Shown in pieces: positions 41,939-56,380 of a DNA stretch of 64,000 nt; position 1 is the stretch's first letter; the number at the start of each line of letters is the position of its first letter. The notes beneath the pieces were generated by a model that had not been told where the DNA came from, searched no databases, and was given only the letters and a program-made list of their open reading frames with translations. Position numbers and translations under genes: made by a program. This DNA is from Podospora anserina (lineage: Eukaryota): assembly GCA_017654855.1 (NCBI GenBank), contig CM030333.1, positions 1,116,001 to 1,180,000 on the forward strand, given 5' to 3'.

Positions 41939-42474
41939 ATGAGCGGCGAACCCCCCCCCTCCCCCCTCCCAACCTACGTCTACAAGATCATCCCCTCCGC
42001 CCCGCCCTCCCCGATCCCCGATTTTTATCCGCTCTCGGATCTCGACCGGCAAGACGGGTTCGTGCACCTGAGCACCGCACGGCAGGTCAGTGTTTATCTA
42101 GTGCCCGTTTTGTCCTAGCTCCTCGCCTCCTCACCTTACCACCACCTCTTACCTGTGTCACTCATATCCATTTGACGTACATACCCCCTTCCCCTCAACA
42201 TGACATATTCTTTCTGCTGTGCTAACACAGCTCCAAGGTCCCCATCACCTCCTCCCTCTTCTTCACCTCATTCAAGTCCTTCCACATCCTCAAACTCCGC
42301 CTCTCCAACTTCCCCCAAGAAAGCGTAAAATGGGACGAAGTCCCCGGCACCAACGGCTGCCCCCATCTCTACGGCAACTTTGGCGCCAAGGACGTTGTTG
42401 ACAGCAAAGAGTTCGTCCGGGGAGATGACCAAACCTGGGAGGATGTCTTGAGGGGTGATAGCTGGCTCGAATAG
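41939..42474 (+). CDS. DUF952 domain protein
   Basis: YVYKII..LSDLDRQDGFVHLSTARQ|VPIT..FF..VKWD..CPHLYG, with intron 42086-42237. Confidence 0.88.
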
Positions 42475-42623
42475 AGCTCTTAGACCACACACACTCAACA
42501 AATATCAAACCCTCTTCCGCCCCCAAATAGTTCATAAAAAAATCAACGCTCTCATTGAAACTCATCTAAACCCAAACCAAAACCGAAACCCAAAACTCCA
42601 TTCCCCTTCTCACCTTAACCCCT

Positions 42624-43908
42624 CTACCTCGTCCCCCTGGCCCCAACCGGCGCCCCCGTCCTCCTCCTCGCCAAACTCCGTCCCATAGCATCCCTCACCA
42701 TCGGATCACTCCTAATAGTATTATGCACCAACCACTCCCTCACCCGCCTCCACACCTCCCCCATCCCCTTCTCATCCCCCGCAAACGGCGCCAGCTCCAA
42801 CTGCAACAAATTCGTCGCATCCGTATCCAACCTCCTGACCGTCCCCTCCAACCTCTCAAGCCCCTTCCTCAACTCCTGCTCCTCATTCCCCGTCCCCCTC
42901 CCACCCCTTCCCACAACAATGTTCCCACTCGTCGTATCAGCCGTCAGCAACGGACCAATCTGCGAAAAGGCCAGATACAGCGTCAACGCCAACTTCTTGG
43001 CCAGCGTAATCGCCTGAAACTGCAAATACGGCTGCCGGCCAGGAAACCAAGTAACAAAAGGGTTAATAAACTTTGTCAGCAAAACCGGCGGGTACGGTCT
43101 CGTGACGGCATGGCTCTCAAACAAAAACAGCAGCGCCAGCACCAACCACCTCTCAAACTTTCCCCAGTCCAGATACCCCAGCAACCCAAACCCGTACATC
43201 GACAGCGCCGCCAGCGTGTAGTACGGCACGATCCCCTTGAAGCCCCTGTACACATAATCCGCCACGCTGCTGCAATGCTGCCACCCCGTCACCGCCTCCG
43301 GCCCAAACCGATCGTAGGCAAACCTCTTGGCCCCGTTCGTCAACGTATCCTGCGCCAGCTGCAGGTGCACAAAATAGGTATTCGCATCGTCGGCAGCGAT
43401 CTTGCTGTCTTTGATCTTGTCTGGATGGAAGTGCGCCGCCAGTCTCCGGAAGCGGGATTTGATCTCCTTCTCTGTGGCTGTCAGGGGGACTCCAAGGGAG
43501 GAGTAAAATGAGGGGGTGGATTGTATGTCATGATCGGCTTCGTAGATGGTATACAACAAATAAACCGTGACGACGGCAATGTGGATTTTGCGACGGTGTT
43601 CGGCCCATCGGGGGGTTCCCGGCGTGGGGTGGGGGTCGCCGGCGCGGATGAGGATGCTGTAGAGGATTGTTTGCATCCAGCCTGTTACCAGCTACGAGAG
43701 TGCGTTAGCTAGGAGAGCAACATACCCATTTCTACCCGCAAAACACAGAAAAAGGACTACCCGGGTCGATTGGTGATGACACTTGTAGAGTACAAGTGGC
43801 ATCACCCAGCAATACAGGTCTTGCAAGTGAAGGGTGTGTGAAGCGGGTGTGAAGGGGGCCTACGTTGGGGAGGAAGCTCCAGGCTATCAAAGAGAGAAAG
43901 CCGGACAT
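42624..43908 (-). CDS. Membrane-associated DnaJ-domain chaperone
   Basis: Exon 1 MSGFLSLIAWSFLPN (43908-43864), intron 43692-43863. J-domain FYSSLGV..EIKSRFRRLAAHFHPDK..RFAYDRFG, plus several hydrophobic segments. Confidence 0.9.
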
Positions 43909-44819
43909 GGTTAGGTGGTGGTAGCAATGCCAGAGAGCAATCCAGGCGGTAGGAATAAATGTGAAAGAAATGCTGCTACCGTGTCATAATCTTTCATCTG
44001 CGCAAACAAAAGTGTTTGGTGGTGTTGCGGGAGAAGTGAATGGGAATGCGACCCAACCCTCGAAATGATGTCGCGTCACAAAAGAGCTTCTGCAAGCTGG
44101 CTGCAATTGGAAGTGTGGAGCACGGACCACCCTGGCCATCAAGGTTGCCACATGGCCGGCAGGCAGCTCAATATGAATGAATCAAAACAACGGACAGGAG
44201 AAATCACCAAATCTCGAAGTAAAAGCTCAACAATTGGGATGGGGAAGAAAGGGCCAAAAGCTCACCGGCCAACTCTTAGAGGTGAGTCGGCTACGAAACC
44301 CTCGGTAGGTTTACTTCGCAGGGGTATAGTCGAGGTGGGTGGGGGTCAATATTCCTTGAAGGTCATCTCGAAAGACAGGGCCTCACTGAGGAATCGAACT
44401 CAGGTGTCCACGGAGTAGTGTTTTCACACCGGGCATTGTTCGTTGCCTGATCCGGGTGCACCTACGTCTTACCTGCTGAGCCATCTGACCTTTCCAGTTA
44501 CCAGATGAGTGCGTAGGCGCTTGGTGGAAGGAGCACGGTTGACCTAATATATAGACCATGGTTGTAAGAGTATTATATTTACACAAATGCCTGCCCTTCC
44601 CAGCTCCCTTTGCCAGTCTCCTGTTGCCATATATACCAGACACACCTTGCCGCCTCCACATACCCTACAATAAATAAAAAGAAAAAAGTATGCAAAACTA
44701 AACCGCTCGACGAAAACAACCATGGCCAAACACAGCTAGCTGCAAGTCGCAAAAAAACGCTCTCCAAAAGCACATACTAGAATGTTCAAGAAAAAAAGGT
44801 TCCCAAAAGTATCGCCCGC

Positions 44820-46632
44820 TCAATCAACCCCATCATCATCATCCTCCCTATCATACTCCCTCCTCGGCGTACTCGCACCACTCCCCATCCCCCCCCGCCT
44901 CGGTGAACTCGTCCCACTTCCTCCCTGTCCTAGTCTGGGACTGCTAATCAGCAACGGACTCCTCGCACCGGCACCCCATCGCCCATTAGTCACCACATTC
45001 ATCGCTATCCTCTCCTTCCTCGCCCTAATCTCCTCCTGTTTCACCTGTTCAGTCTGCTCCTCTTCATCAATCTCGTTATCAATCTCCTCCAGCTCATCCT
45101 CCACCGTCCGCCCGGCGGGACTTAACCTCCTCAGATTAACATCCTGCTGCCCAGCTCCAAGCTCGGGGCTGACGGGATCGTCCACATAGAGGTTGGGATC
45201 GCGGCCCAGTATCCTGTCGGCTTTGCTTTGCGCCTTTCTGTGACCAGGAGAAGGCAAAGGTGACGGAACTCTGCTGGCCGGTCTGGAAGGCTGTAAATAA
45301 TGTCTCCCTGCTCCGCCATCAACTCTCACCATGGGCGGTTGAGGATCAGGCTCAGGGTAATCCGAATCAGCTCCCCAGCCTGCCACCCGCTCTCTTTCCC
45401 GTTGCTGTTCCCGCTCTCTTGCGATCCTGTCTCTCGCCTCAAGCCACTCGGGACTGGGCTCCCAGCTCCAGCCATCGCCAGTCGTGTTGCAGATTGGAAT
45501 CGGCCATAATAGCGGGACAGGGCCGAACAAATGAAGCAGGTTCCTCTTGGCGCCGAGGTCGAAAGCATTGGGAAGTTTGGTTGCATCCTGCTCGTCCATG
45601 AATTCTTCATAGCGCTTGCGGGCCCGGTACTGCTCCATTTCAGAGGGTGTAAATCTCCTCGAGCCAGCTTGCAACTCGGGGTTGACGGAGGGATGCGAGG
45701 GTTCTTGACGAAGTTCCTCGCCTTCTTCAGGCCGAGTGACACCCGGAATTGCGTTTTGATGAATATCGAGGAGTTGTTGACCGTAAGAAGGGAGCTGGAC
45801 GCCTTGACCGGGAGTGTGTTGGTTGATGTAGGTCCTGTGCATGGATTCCCTGAGAGGGGTCAAATATCTAGTTTTCTCCAAGCACTCGATGGTTGTTTGG
45901 CCTCTGGTAGCAAGATAGATATGCCACCCTGTGAATGCCCCGACTACAATGCCGATGATACCGGCAACGATGGCAAGGCAGATGTAGTTAACTGGCATGA
46001 GATTCTCGACGTAAGTAGTGTTGGCGAAGATCTCTTCCCAGACCCAGCTGGCGGAGCCAAGGAAGGCGTATAGAGAGAAAATCGTGGTATAGATGAGAAA
46101 AAGGATGAAGGCCTTGTGGTTTCGGAGACCGATGCAGGTTGCTAGCCAGGGGCAGTGATGGTCCATCTTGAGGACACACCGGCGACAGGTGGAGCAATGA
46201 TGGGCGCGGTCGGGCTTCCGAGCTTGGCATTTCTTGCAGAAACGGAGCTCGCCATTGGACTTGACGGTGTATGATGTGGCCGAAGGGGCGGCGTGGGTCG
46301 GTAGCGTGCTGTAGCCATGATCGTTCGTCGTGCTTCCCGGTGGTGTAAATACGGCAGTGGTGTAGCACCAGTTGAGCATGGCGTAGAGGGCAAAGCCAAC
46401 AAGTTTATAAGTGGTTCCTATCGATAAGGCGAGACTCGTCAGTGTGGTTGGGTGACATCGAGGTAACAAGCAACATACCCAGCCATTCCACCCTCGATGG
46501 CACAGAGCAGAGATCCCACAACACATAGACGGCCCAAGTTGTTATCCCGTACACGAATGCCAAGGGAAAATACGTGGCGCAAGTGCAACATGTGCGCTCA
46601 ATCTTTCTCGCCCACCGGCGAGCGCTTCCCAT
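44820..46632 (-). CDS. PFA3: DHHC palmitoyltransferase (Pfa3-like)
   Basis: RFCKKCQARKPDRAHHCSTCRRCVLKMDHHCPW, TTIE, NAFDLG..NL, with intron 46418-46478. An in-frame upstream ATG (46764) is a possible alternative start. Confidence 0.9.
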
Positions 46633-48481
46633 GTTTTCTGTCGAGGATTCGCAATCGTGGGATGGTGCTTCGAGAATAGGGGGAAACTGTCTGGTCGCGG
46701 AACGAGCAACTGGAAGGATCGGGGAGGGTGATGGCGGAGGGGATCTGGATAACGGCGTTGCATCCATCAGTTGTCGGTACAATCGGGGCACCGTGAATTA
46801 TGGATTCATCGCTGGTGGTTCGAGTGGTGGACTTGTCGAGAAAAAGAACAAGGGGCAAGGCGGCTGGCTGTCAGTTTAGTGTTTGAAGTTGATGGCGACG
46901 GCAATTACAGGGGTCTCTCGCCTTGTGTTGCTGCCAGCCTCAGCCTCAAACACACTGAGCCAATGGGGTCCCCGCGTCACTGACAGCCCGGGACAACGCT
47001 CGGGCCGCATGAACGGTTTGGCCCCTGATTTCCGGCTTCACGGGACCGTTGAAGACTTCTATATAGAATTCTGCTTGCTACAGACGTGGGTGGACGATTG
47101 TACTTTGGTTTTGACTACTACATTACTCTCAAGAATATGCTGATCATTGTGGTTTGGCAAGAGAAGACCTACCTGTTAATTGAAATATCGAAACCTTGAC
47201 TATGCTGTGACTGGCCAATTCTGTCCAGAGGCGCTCTTGGTATCTTAGACTGAGGGGGAATGCTTTAGCATCGAGCATAGTTTTGAACTACTACAGATAT
47301 CCATGATCAATAGGAAGAAATGCCGGGAACGTAAAGTCAGGATTTTCCAGGTAGCCTCACCTCGCTCAGCATATTCGCCCCCCAGTAATGCTGCAAGTCA
47401 AGAGATTTGAAGCGAAAAAGCATGCCATTGGGTATCACCAGCTCAGACATGCAGTTGTTTCTGCGTTGTGGCATGGCGGTGAAGCTCTTCCGGCCAGTGC
47501 CAGCTGAAGTTCGGCGGAAATGCACTTGGCAGATTCGCTGTCACATGCAACTACTGACGACATTGCTGGGATGGTGGATATGCAGGAAATGAAAATCCGT
47601 CTAGGGGCTAGCTGCATAGGCACGGTACCTTGCGTAAATCCTCTATGGATGACGGAAGCTCTTCTCCATGTACATAAAACCAGGCATTTAAACACGCCTC
47701 TACAAGACTCCCAAAAGCTCGGGTTTTCCGCTCTTGCATGCCGTATCAGACCAACCGTTCATCCCCCGGTAACGAATCACGCAATCAGATCGCACCCAGC
47801 CCGTGTTCAAGCTCACTGAGCCTGCAGCCACATTGGGACACGTGAAGATAACGGGCCGGTGGAGAAGGGCCAAGTGAGAGAGCCAAGACAGCGCCTGGAT
47901 CTGGGACCACCGTGGACAGGGAAGGGGAAAAAAAAAAAGCTCGATAAGATCCATCTCGTCGCCAAATCCTAGCCGCTAATTTTCTCGTGCCGGATAAAAC
48001 CCCATCGCCATCGTCTGATTTGCCAGACGCCCAAAAGAAACCCCAGATGGGTCGTGAATCTAGAGCCTTTACAGCAGGACACCACAATAACGGACCCATC
48101 CCTCCTCCAGCAGGTGCCTAGCACCACCACACGCCTCGAACCACACAACTCCCCATCTGCCTTTCCCCCCCTCCTCCCCCTCCCCCTCCTCCTGCGCACC
48201 ATTTTCGAGCCTGCCATTCCGCCGTTAGATCGACACTCGTCCCGCGACAAGCTCACGATATTCGATCGATCGATCTGTCTCGAATACGCATCTAGAAACA
48301 AACACTCGCTTGGCAAGCTCCCCGAGACCACCATCGACGTCCTCTCTCGCCCTCGCTGGTAGCCCCGCTACCTTGCACGGCGCACGACGCCTTTTGAGCC
48401 ACCAAGCACCTATATTCCTTTTAAAGTGCACTCCTAGTGGGGAGGGGCACTGCGGGGGAAGAACACTCGCCCGCCGCAAAC

Positions 48482-49847
48482 ATGTGGTGGCTCATCAACG
48501 CCTGCTCGAGTGCCATTTTCCTGTTCAGCATCGTCCTCTCGATACCAATCGCTTTCGATGTCGGGGGCCGTGATGCTGGCCTGGCTTATTCGCTATCACT
48601 TTTCCTTTTCTACATTTTCTACAGTACCAGCAAGCTTATAACGCCAGAGAAGTCTCGGATACGCTGGTTCTTCAAGAGTCTGGTTGGGTTATCACAATGG
48701 ATTGTTATACCCGCATTGTTGATTTGGGCTCTCAACCGTTTCTCGGTCGATGCCGATAGTGCCAACTGGGTGTCACGTACGTTTGCCCACGTTACAGGGC
48801 AGCACAAGAGCTGGAGAGAGTGGTTTTGGGGGTCTGAAGGCTTTGTGGAAAACGTTGCGTTAGGCTCTTGGGACAATACCTTGAGTTATTCGAGCCCTGT
48901 TTTCCAACTTCTCGAGGGCTTCTGCAGCTTGTTGGTGATCCAGGCTGCTGGTCAGATTGCGAGATGGCTGGTCAACCGGGGAAGAAGTGACACCTGGGTG
49001 GCACGTATTTTCCTCACTCCCACGCTGTTCTGTGCTCATGCTGACATTAACCCCTCAGATCACGCTCCTGATAATATCAGGTGCCATCAGCTCCATGGCC
49101 ATTTACTTCTTATGGCGTGTCATGTGCTTCCCACAAATCGGCAACTTCGATGCCACGCTCATCGGCGTTGCCATGACCTCAGCCTTCTTCCTCTGCGGTT
49201 TTGGCATTGCCAGCGGCCGAGGGAATCCGATCGAGTCTTCCCTTCTTTTTGCGTACACGGTTCTCTGTGTCTATCAGATTTTCACCGATTATCAGCCCTC
49301 GCCCGAGGCTGCCGCCGCGGCGGAAGCTGCCGCTGCTGCGCAGCCGGATTTTCCGCCTCTGCCGCCCATCCTCATGGCCTCCTACACCACTCTGATCCAC
49401 ATGCTCAGCAGCCTTCCGTCGGCTTTTGGTTTATCATTCCAGTTTCTCTACGCGGCATTCCAAACCATCACCCCTAGCGTCATCATCTCGCTGACATATC
49501 GCACCATCGTTTTCTATTGCGCTACGAGAATTATTCCGGCTGTTAGAGAGTTGGGTGCTCAGGCTATTATGGAAGAGCCCACGCTCGACGAAAGCGATGG
49601 CGCCAACCGTGTTCTTGGTTTCCTCAGCTGGTTTTCGCCTTCTATTCTGATTGCGGTATACACCAGTTTGCTCCTGCAGCACTTTACTATTGCCGATGGC
49701 GACGAGCTCGGCTGGACTCTCCGGGCCGGCGATGCTGGTGGCAGTACTTGGCGGTGGATCAACTTGACGGCCACCATGGGACTTTATGCCATCGAGTTGT
49801 ACCTCGGTGGTGATGGTGACGGTGGCGCGCACTGGAAGACGGACTGA
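48482..49847 (+). CDS. ICE2: ER membrane protein Ice2
   Basis: LSIPIAFDVGGRD, FQLLEGFCSLLVIQAAGQ, GRGNPIESSLLFAY, FSPSILIAVYT. One intron, 49001-49058 (likely GC-AG). Confidence 0.9.
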
Positions 49848-50765
49848 AGAAGTTCTCCCGAGAGAACATTAGCAGGGGGCCGGGGAGGTCAACGGCATGC
49901 CAATCCATGGGGCCATCCGCAGCATGGCCGATTGGAAGGGCTTTATTGAAACTCAAGCTGGATGACAATGTCCCAACCAAACGGGATTCCTCGCCGGATA
50001 CTAATCGGCGTCGAGAAGAAGGAATTCAAAACGGGGAAAGCTATCAGAAGATCAAGGAACAGGGCTACTAAAAACCAAGGATACTAAAGGAAAAAGGGGG
50101 ACAAGAGGAGGAAGGCAAGATACCCAATGGCTAGGAAGCGCAGGTTATGGAAAGGTGATGCAAAACATATCACCAGTAGAAGAAAGATAAGCATGCAAGT
50201 CATTAACAAGATTGACTTGGCAGGACCGCTCGCACGTTCCTCACGCACAACATACGCTTTTTTCATTTTTTTTCTTCATGACTTTGGCTCCTTTCAATAT
50301 TGTATTCATAGTAAACAAACCAAACGGGCAACGTGGATGAGAACAGGGAATTGAGAGTCGGAAGCAACGTCTGGCTGGCTTAGGGGGCATCATGTTGCAA
50401 CATCGTACAATCATACAGCGAATGGCGTTGGTGTCTTTTTATTTTCGTTTTCTTGGACTATGACCGGGGGCCGGAACTGGGACTGGAATTTGGCTGGCTG
50501 GCTGGAGCATGTATCATTTGAATTTTCCATATGTCTAAGCACAATTATCAGAGCCTGCCTTTCGATCATAATCTACCGCATAACCCCTTCTACATGCTAC
50601 AAAATTCTTGCAGCATGGCATTTCTACAGTAACACAACACAAAAGAGACCCAGTATCATTGGAAAGAAAATGCATCATGTATTATTCGCTAATCCCCAAC
50701 CCATGCAAGTTGACATCTCATAACAACCAACCTCCCTCCTCTTATATACCCCCCCCCGTCTATGT

Positions 50766-52314
50766 TCAAAACAACCTCAACATCCTCCTCCAAGTCCTAA
50801 TCCTCCTCCAATCCTCGCTCGTCGCCCCCTTCAAATCATCCACATTCAACATGCCCATCCCCTCCCCAACCAGCACCTCCCAAATCTTATTCCTCACATG
50901 AATCGGCCAAGCAGGCAGCTCCCAGTACCTGCTCACCAACCCCCTTTCCTTTGCCGCCGCCAGATGCCCCCTGATCTTGGCCAGCTGCCCAGCTGTTGGC
51001 TCGCCCCCCTTCCACCACTGGGTAATACCTATCGACCTGAAGAAGCTCACCGAGGCATAATAGGAGTTGGAGCTGTTATATGGGGAATCGGGTAGAAGTT
51101 TATCAAGCGGGGCGTCAAAAAACGCGTCGCGGTCAGGAGGACAGGTCGAGTTGGAGTATTTAGCGGTGGTGGTGGTGGTGGTTGGGTAAGGGGGTGTCAA
51201 AATGAGGTCAAAGGGTGTATTCCCCGTGCCCACAACCGTCACAGGCCTCGAGTGAAATTCCCCATCCTCATAAAACGAAAGCCATCCCCTTTCCCTCAGG
51301 GGATCAAGTTGCCTCAGCACGTGCGGCCAAGTCTCATGACCCGAGGTCTTGAGATCAATCAGCAAGACCAAAGTCTGGGCAGGGTCGACGTCAAAGACTC
51401 CGCTGAGCGTCCCGTTGTAGTACGGTGTTTTGGGGTTTTGCTTCTCCAAGATGTCGACGATGGGGTTGACGTAGAGGGATTGAAACGTGCGGTTTACTTG
51501 CAAGGAAGCCAGGTCGTGGCCGACAAGCAGGTCGTTGTTGAATAGCCAGACGTCGGCTTCTACTCCTGTGCACCCCGCGTAGAGGGCGTCGAATAACGGG
51601 ACGCGGCGCCAGTAGTCGTTGTGGGAGTGGCAGGGGAGGGGGATGACGTCCCGGAGGAAGTCAGTTGGGTACCAGGAGAGATCCTCCGTGCCGGTGTTGG
51701 GTTGGCCCCAGTTGACAAAGGGGTCGTAGTCGTTGTGGCGGGCGCCGATGAGGGAGTCTTTGATGGCGGAGAGGAGGTTGAGGAGGAGGATGAGGGCTCT
51801 GAGCGGGGGTGTCAGTGAAACTATCATAGAATAGATGAGTGCAGGTATAAACAATAACAAAAAAAAACACATACAACAATCCTACTCCAAGCACCGTAAC
51901 CCGCAATTGCAACCCCCACGACTTCCACAGCCCCTTCTTCCTCTGCCCTCCTCTCCCATGCCGTGATGATGGTTGCCCGCATTTGCTGCAGCTCGCTGGC
52001 TCACCATTCACCGTCTCCACACCCTGCTCTTCATGCTCAAGTTCGCTGCTGGGAATCTCGGTGTATTCCACCTTTACACCGCCCAACTTCCTCTTCTCAA
52101 GTGACGCCATGACAGAGGAGCGTATCCTGGCAAAAAACCCGCTCGTTTGGTGTTGTTGTTGTGGTTGTGGTTCAGTTTCGAGGATGAAGGTGGTCGGAGT
52201 TGGCGGCGTCGATGACGATGATGGCGGCGATGGTCTCGGCGGATCCACTGTCTCCTCCCCGACGATCTCCATGCTGCTGGCAGACGGCCCCACCGAGACC
52301 ACTTCTGGGCGCAT
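50766..52314 (-). CDS. AIM6-like PLC/GDPD-fold phosphodiesterase with single transmembrane anchor
   Basis: PCHSHNDYWRRVPLFDALYAGCTGVEADVW, LLVGHD, LLIDLK, SRYWELP. Intron 51799-51874 falls in the TM segment. Confidence 0.85.
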
Positions 52315-52964
52315 TGATGTGCTGGCCTGTGATTTTTGGATTGTACACGCTTATAGATATGGCTGTTTTCTGTTGATGAATTGAGGATGTTGTCAGATAG
52401 GTAACTGTTGATGTGACCTATTGTAGGAGAGGATGTGGTAAATCAACGGCTGAAAGGCACATGACACTCGCCACTCGATGCTGCCCTTGTACTTCACTGG
52501 GGAAACAGCTAGCCTGGAAACGTGTGAGCATGAGAGGTCGAGAAGGCACAACCAGAAAAAGATCAAACTGGGACGAGGCAACGAGAAGAAGACAACGTTT
52601 ATAGTAATCCACTGGCAATTGGCCCGCCGGGGTTTTGGTCATGAAGAAGGCGTTTAGGTTGGTCTGGACCCTGAAATGGTTACACTCATGGCTTGCTGAC
52701 TGCTGCCCTTAACCTGCCGCCTGATGCTGTGTCGGATCCCACAATGTTGTTCAGTGGGGTTTGGGTTGCATAGCTTTGACAATGCCTATTACGAATGAGG
52801 ATACTATGGGGAACGGATTCCAACCAGCAGCGAAGACGACGATATTGATTGGTTTGAATTGTCAGATGGGATGAACTGGAGATGTCAAAAGGTCAGCGCG
52901 ATATGTAAGCCCCAACTGAGGGTTAGGGTCACTCCTCCACTTCAGCCCACTCCAGCCCAACCCA

Positions 52965-53013
52965 CTATCTTATCTTATCGTCCCAATCGGCGCGACCAGC
53001 CAAAAAAAGTTTT
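52965..53013 (+). promoter_or_regulatory. Putative ribosome-biogenesis promoter motifs (CTTATC repeats and AAAAAAAGTTTT) upstream of EBP2
   Basis: CTATCTTATCTTATCG at 52965-52980 and an RRPE-like A/T run at ~53002-53013, 120-165 bp before the ATG. Confidence 0.45.
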
Positions 53014-53130
53014 GGAGCAGTCGCAGCTCAATCAAACTCGCCCATTTCTGCAGGTTCAAATCGCATTCAAAACCACAACCACCCCGATCCCCACCAACCC
53101 ATCACCAAGTCGCACACCAAGCACGACAAG

Positions 53131-54422
53131 ATGGCCAAGAAGGGCGCAAAACTCGCCGCAAAGGCGCCAATCGCCAAGTCGCAATCAGACGGAGTCACAG
53201 ACAAGAAGAACAGAAGAAAGTCCAACGACCCACCAGTCGAAGCCCCCATCGCCGAAACCAACGAGGACGAAGAGTGGGAAGATGAAGACAGCGAGGAGGA
53301 CTCCGACTTGGAAGAAGAAGGGGGCGGCGTCGACTTTTCCAAACTAGAAGACATCAACGACTCCGACTCCGACTCAGAAATCAACAATTCCGACTCCGAA
53401 AACGAGGACAACGACGAGGAAGAAGAAGAAGAATCCGAAATCGACGTCGACGACCTCAACCTCGACGACATGGACCCCGAAGAAAAGGAAGAACTCGCCG
53501 CCACCACCCGCGTCCGCCAAACAATCAACAACAAGGACGCCCTCCTCGCCGCCCTGAAGCGCATCTCCCTCGTGCCCACCGACATCAAGAAGGCCGCCTT
53601 GGTCCCCTTTGCTTACCACATGACCCTCGTCACGTCCAAGCCCACCCAAGAAGTCATCCCCTCCATCGACGACGACCTCGAGCGTGAGCTCGCCTTCCTC
53701 AACGCGGCGCGCGAGTCGGCTCTCAAGGCGAGGAACTTGCTCAAGAAGGAAGGGGTGCCGTTTACGAGACCTACCGATTACTTTGCCGAGACGCTCCGCA
53801 GTGATGAGACGATGGAGGCGGTGAAGCAAAAGATGATTGAGGCCGCAACGGCGAAGAAGGCTTCTGCCGAGGCGAGGAAGCAGAGGGACTTGAAGAAGTT
53901 TGGAAAGCAGGTTCAGGTGCAGAAGCAGCAGGAACGGGCCAAGGAGAAGAGGGCCACGTTGGAGAAGATTAATGAGTTGAAGAAGAGTATGTTTTCCGTA
54001 CTCCCCATTCCCCGTGCAATTTTAGCTAACACACAGAAATAGAACGCAAAGACGGCGGCTCTGCCTCCCTCGGTGCGAGGGAAGCAGACGACATGTTTGA
54101 TGTCGCTGTTGATAACGAGCTTGGCGGCGGCAACAAGGCTGGCGGCAAGAGAGGAAGGTCAGGGGGTGATCATGGTCCTCCTAATGCCAAGCGTCAGAAG
54201 AAGAATGAAAAGTATGGGTTTGGGGGCAAGAAGAGGTTCGGCAAGAGCGGCGATGCGATTAGCTCGGGGGATATGTCGGGCTTCAGCGCGAAGAGGATGA
54301 AGAACGGGGGTGGGGCGGGTGATGGGAAGAAGACGACGTTTAGTGCTATGAGTGCGAAGGCGAAGGGGAGTAAGCCTAGGTTGGGGAAGGACAAGAGGAA
54401 GGGCGGGGCGGGGAGGAGGTAA
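53131..54422 (+). CDS. EBP2: rRNA-processing protein Ebp2
   Basis: Acidic N-terminus, IDDDLERELAF, PFTRPTDYFAE, RDLKKFGKQVQV, KYGFGGKKR..KSGD, KPRLGK. Intron 53987-54042. Confidence 0.95.
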
Positions 54423-55868
54423 GCCCAGAGGTGGGGGTGGTAAATGTGTAATAGGAAGAAGGGAGTGCCTGTACAGTGATTTTTTTATGGTAATGCTACG
54501 GGGCACAATAAATGTCTAGCGTCAACAAGGGAGATATCCTGGTTGGTTTTGAGTGTCTTGGTGTTGCTTTTGAGGGTGGCTGGTGAGGTGGTGGGTTTAC
54601 TTGAAGGGGGTCGTATTTACTAACACCCTACTGGCGCAACAACGGTTACATGATGGCGAGACTCTCCTTGTCCACAGGATCTAGTTCACTCAATCTGTAC
54701 CCGAAACATGAAGCCAAGACGGAGGGCAGCATCCCCGAGCTTTGCTCAGCTTCGGCAAGGTTGTTCCCAATAAGTTGAGCACAAAGGAGGATTGGTCTTG
54801 GCAGTTTGCTTCTAGAAGGACCGAGACATTGTTGAGTCCTCGACAACAAAGAACAAAGCGGGATGGCTGAAGAGGGGGGTTGTATATGGGACGGCCAGTG
54901 GTTGGTCAATTCAACGAGTTGGGTTGGTGCTCAGCTCTTTGATATTTGGGGATGTGAGTAGGAGCTTAGAGGGAAGTCCAAAGTCAATTACGAGGGCGAC
55001 GCAAAGTAGAAGAGCCTCATGATGGTGAATTTTGGATTTGCTATGAGTCGATCCGTCTCGGAAAAACATATATACAACTCCATCACCACCCCCATTCTCT
55101 TATTGTTGCCCTGTTCCATTCCTCCTCCGTTTCGATAGCAGACTTGGTTGCGCACGCTACCAACCAACCGTTTACCTATATACCCCCCCTTCAGGTCCTT
55201 TCCCAGAGCGTATCATCATTCTTGATCCCTCCCCCCGTTGAACCACCTCCGCGTCCCCCCCCCTTCCCCATAACCGTAGCCACACCATTGACTGCCCGCC
55301 CTACGCCACAACTAACCTATTCACACTCTCACACCAGCACCCTTCCCAAAAACATATTTCATTTCACCAGGACACATCACTATCACCATCCTCCCCGTCA
55401 CAAGAGGCAGAAAAGAGGAACAAATACTCAAAACCAATACCCAAAAAAACAAAACCAAAAAAAAAACACAAAACGCTCCATTGAATTGCCCTATCCCAAA
55501 ACCAATTCGTTTACCAATTGATAAAACAGACATAACTCACATATACACACCAAAGAGAAAAAAAACACCCTTTCAGAGTTCAATGAATTCGTCTTCTTTT
55601 TGCCTAAAAAAAGGGAGGAAAAAAAGGTGGGGGGTCATGATATGAGGATTGATTTGCTCCAATCGAAACAAAAACCAAAAAAAACAAGCAAAAGAAAAGC
55701 AAAAGTCGAAGCGGAAGAAGAATACTACTAGTAAAAAAAATAGGGAACATGTTTGGAAAGAACCGGACCCGACACCAACCCACCCCATGGACCGCTCACA
55801 CCTACAAACTATATCTCTGCTTCAAGGTCCATTCCTGTCTGTGTTGTCTGTCCGCCCAGTTCTCCCAG

Positions 55869-55980
<112 letters not shown>

Positions 55981-56380
55981 TGGTGTGTGGTATCGTTTCG
56001 CAACGCCATGCATGCGGAAAAAAAGAAAAAAAAAAAAGACATGAACAAGTGCCCACATATATGCTTTGCCCCGTTCTTTCAATCCCCATCCCTTCCTCCC
56101 AAGAACGACGCCGTCAAACTACAACCATGAACCCCCAATGCCAACCCCAGTCCCCAAACGCAACAAATCACACGCTGTGCCCCTTAACCATCAACCCCCT
56201 AGATTTTCGTGCCAGTAGACATTAGGGATAACGCCATGCAAGAGAAGCAAGTCCCGGTATTAAAACGAGAAAGAAAACAAGCCGGGAGGGGTATCAATAA
56301 TGACCATTGTTGGGAATTTCTTTCCTCTTTCCTGTTCGCGATGAAATTCAACCTTTGCGCTTCGGCTAGCTCGCTTCGTA

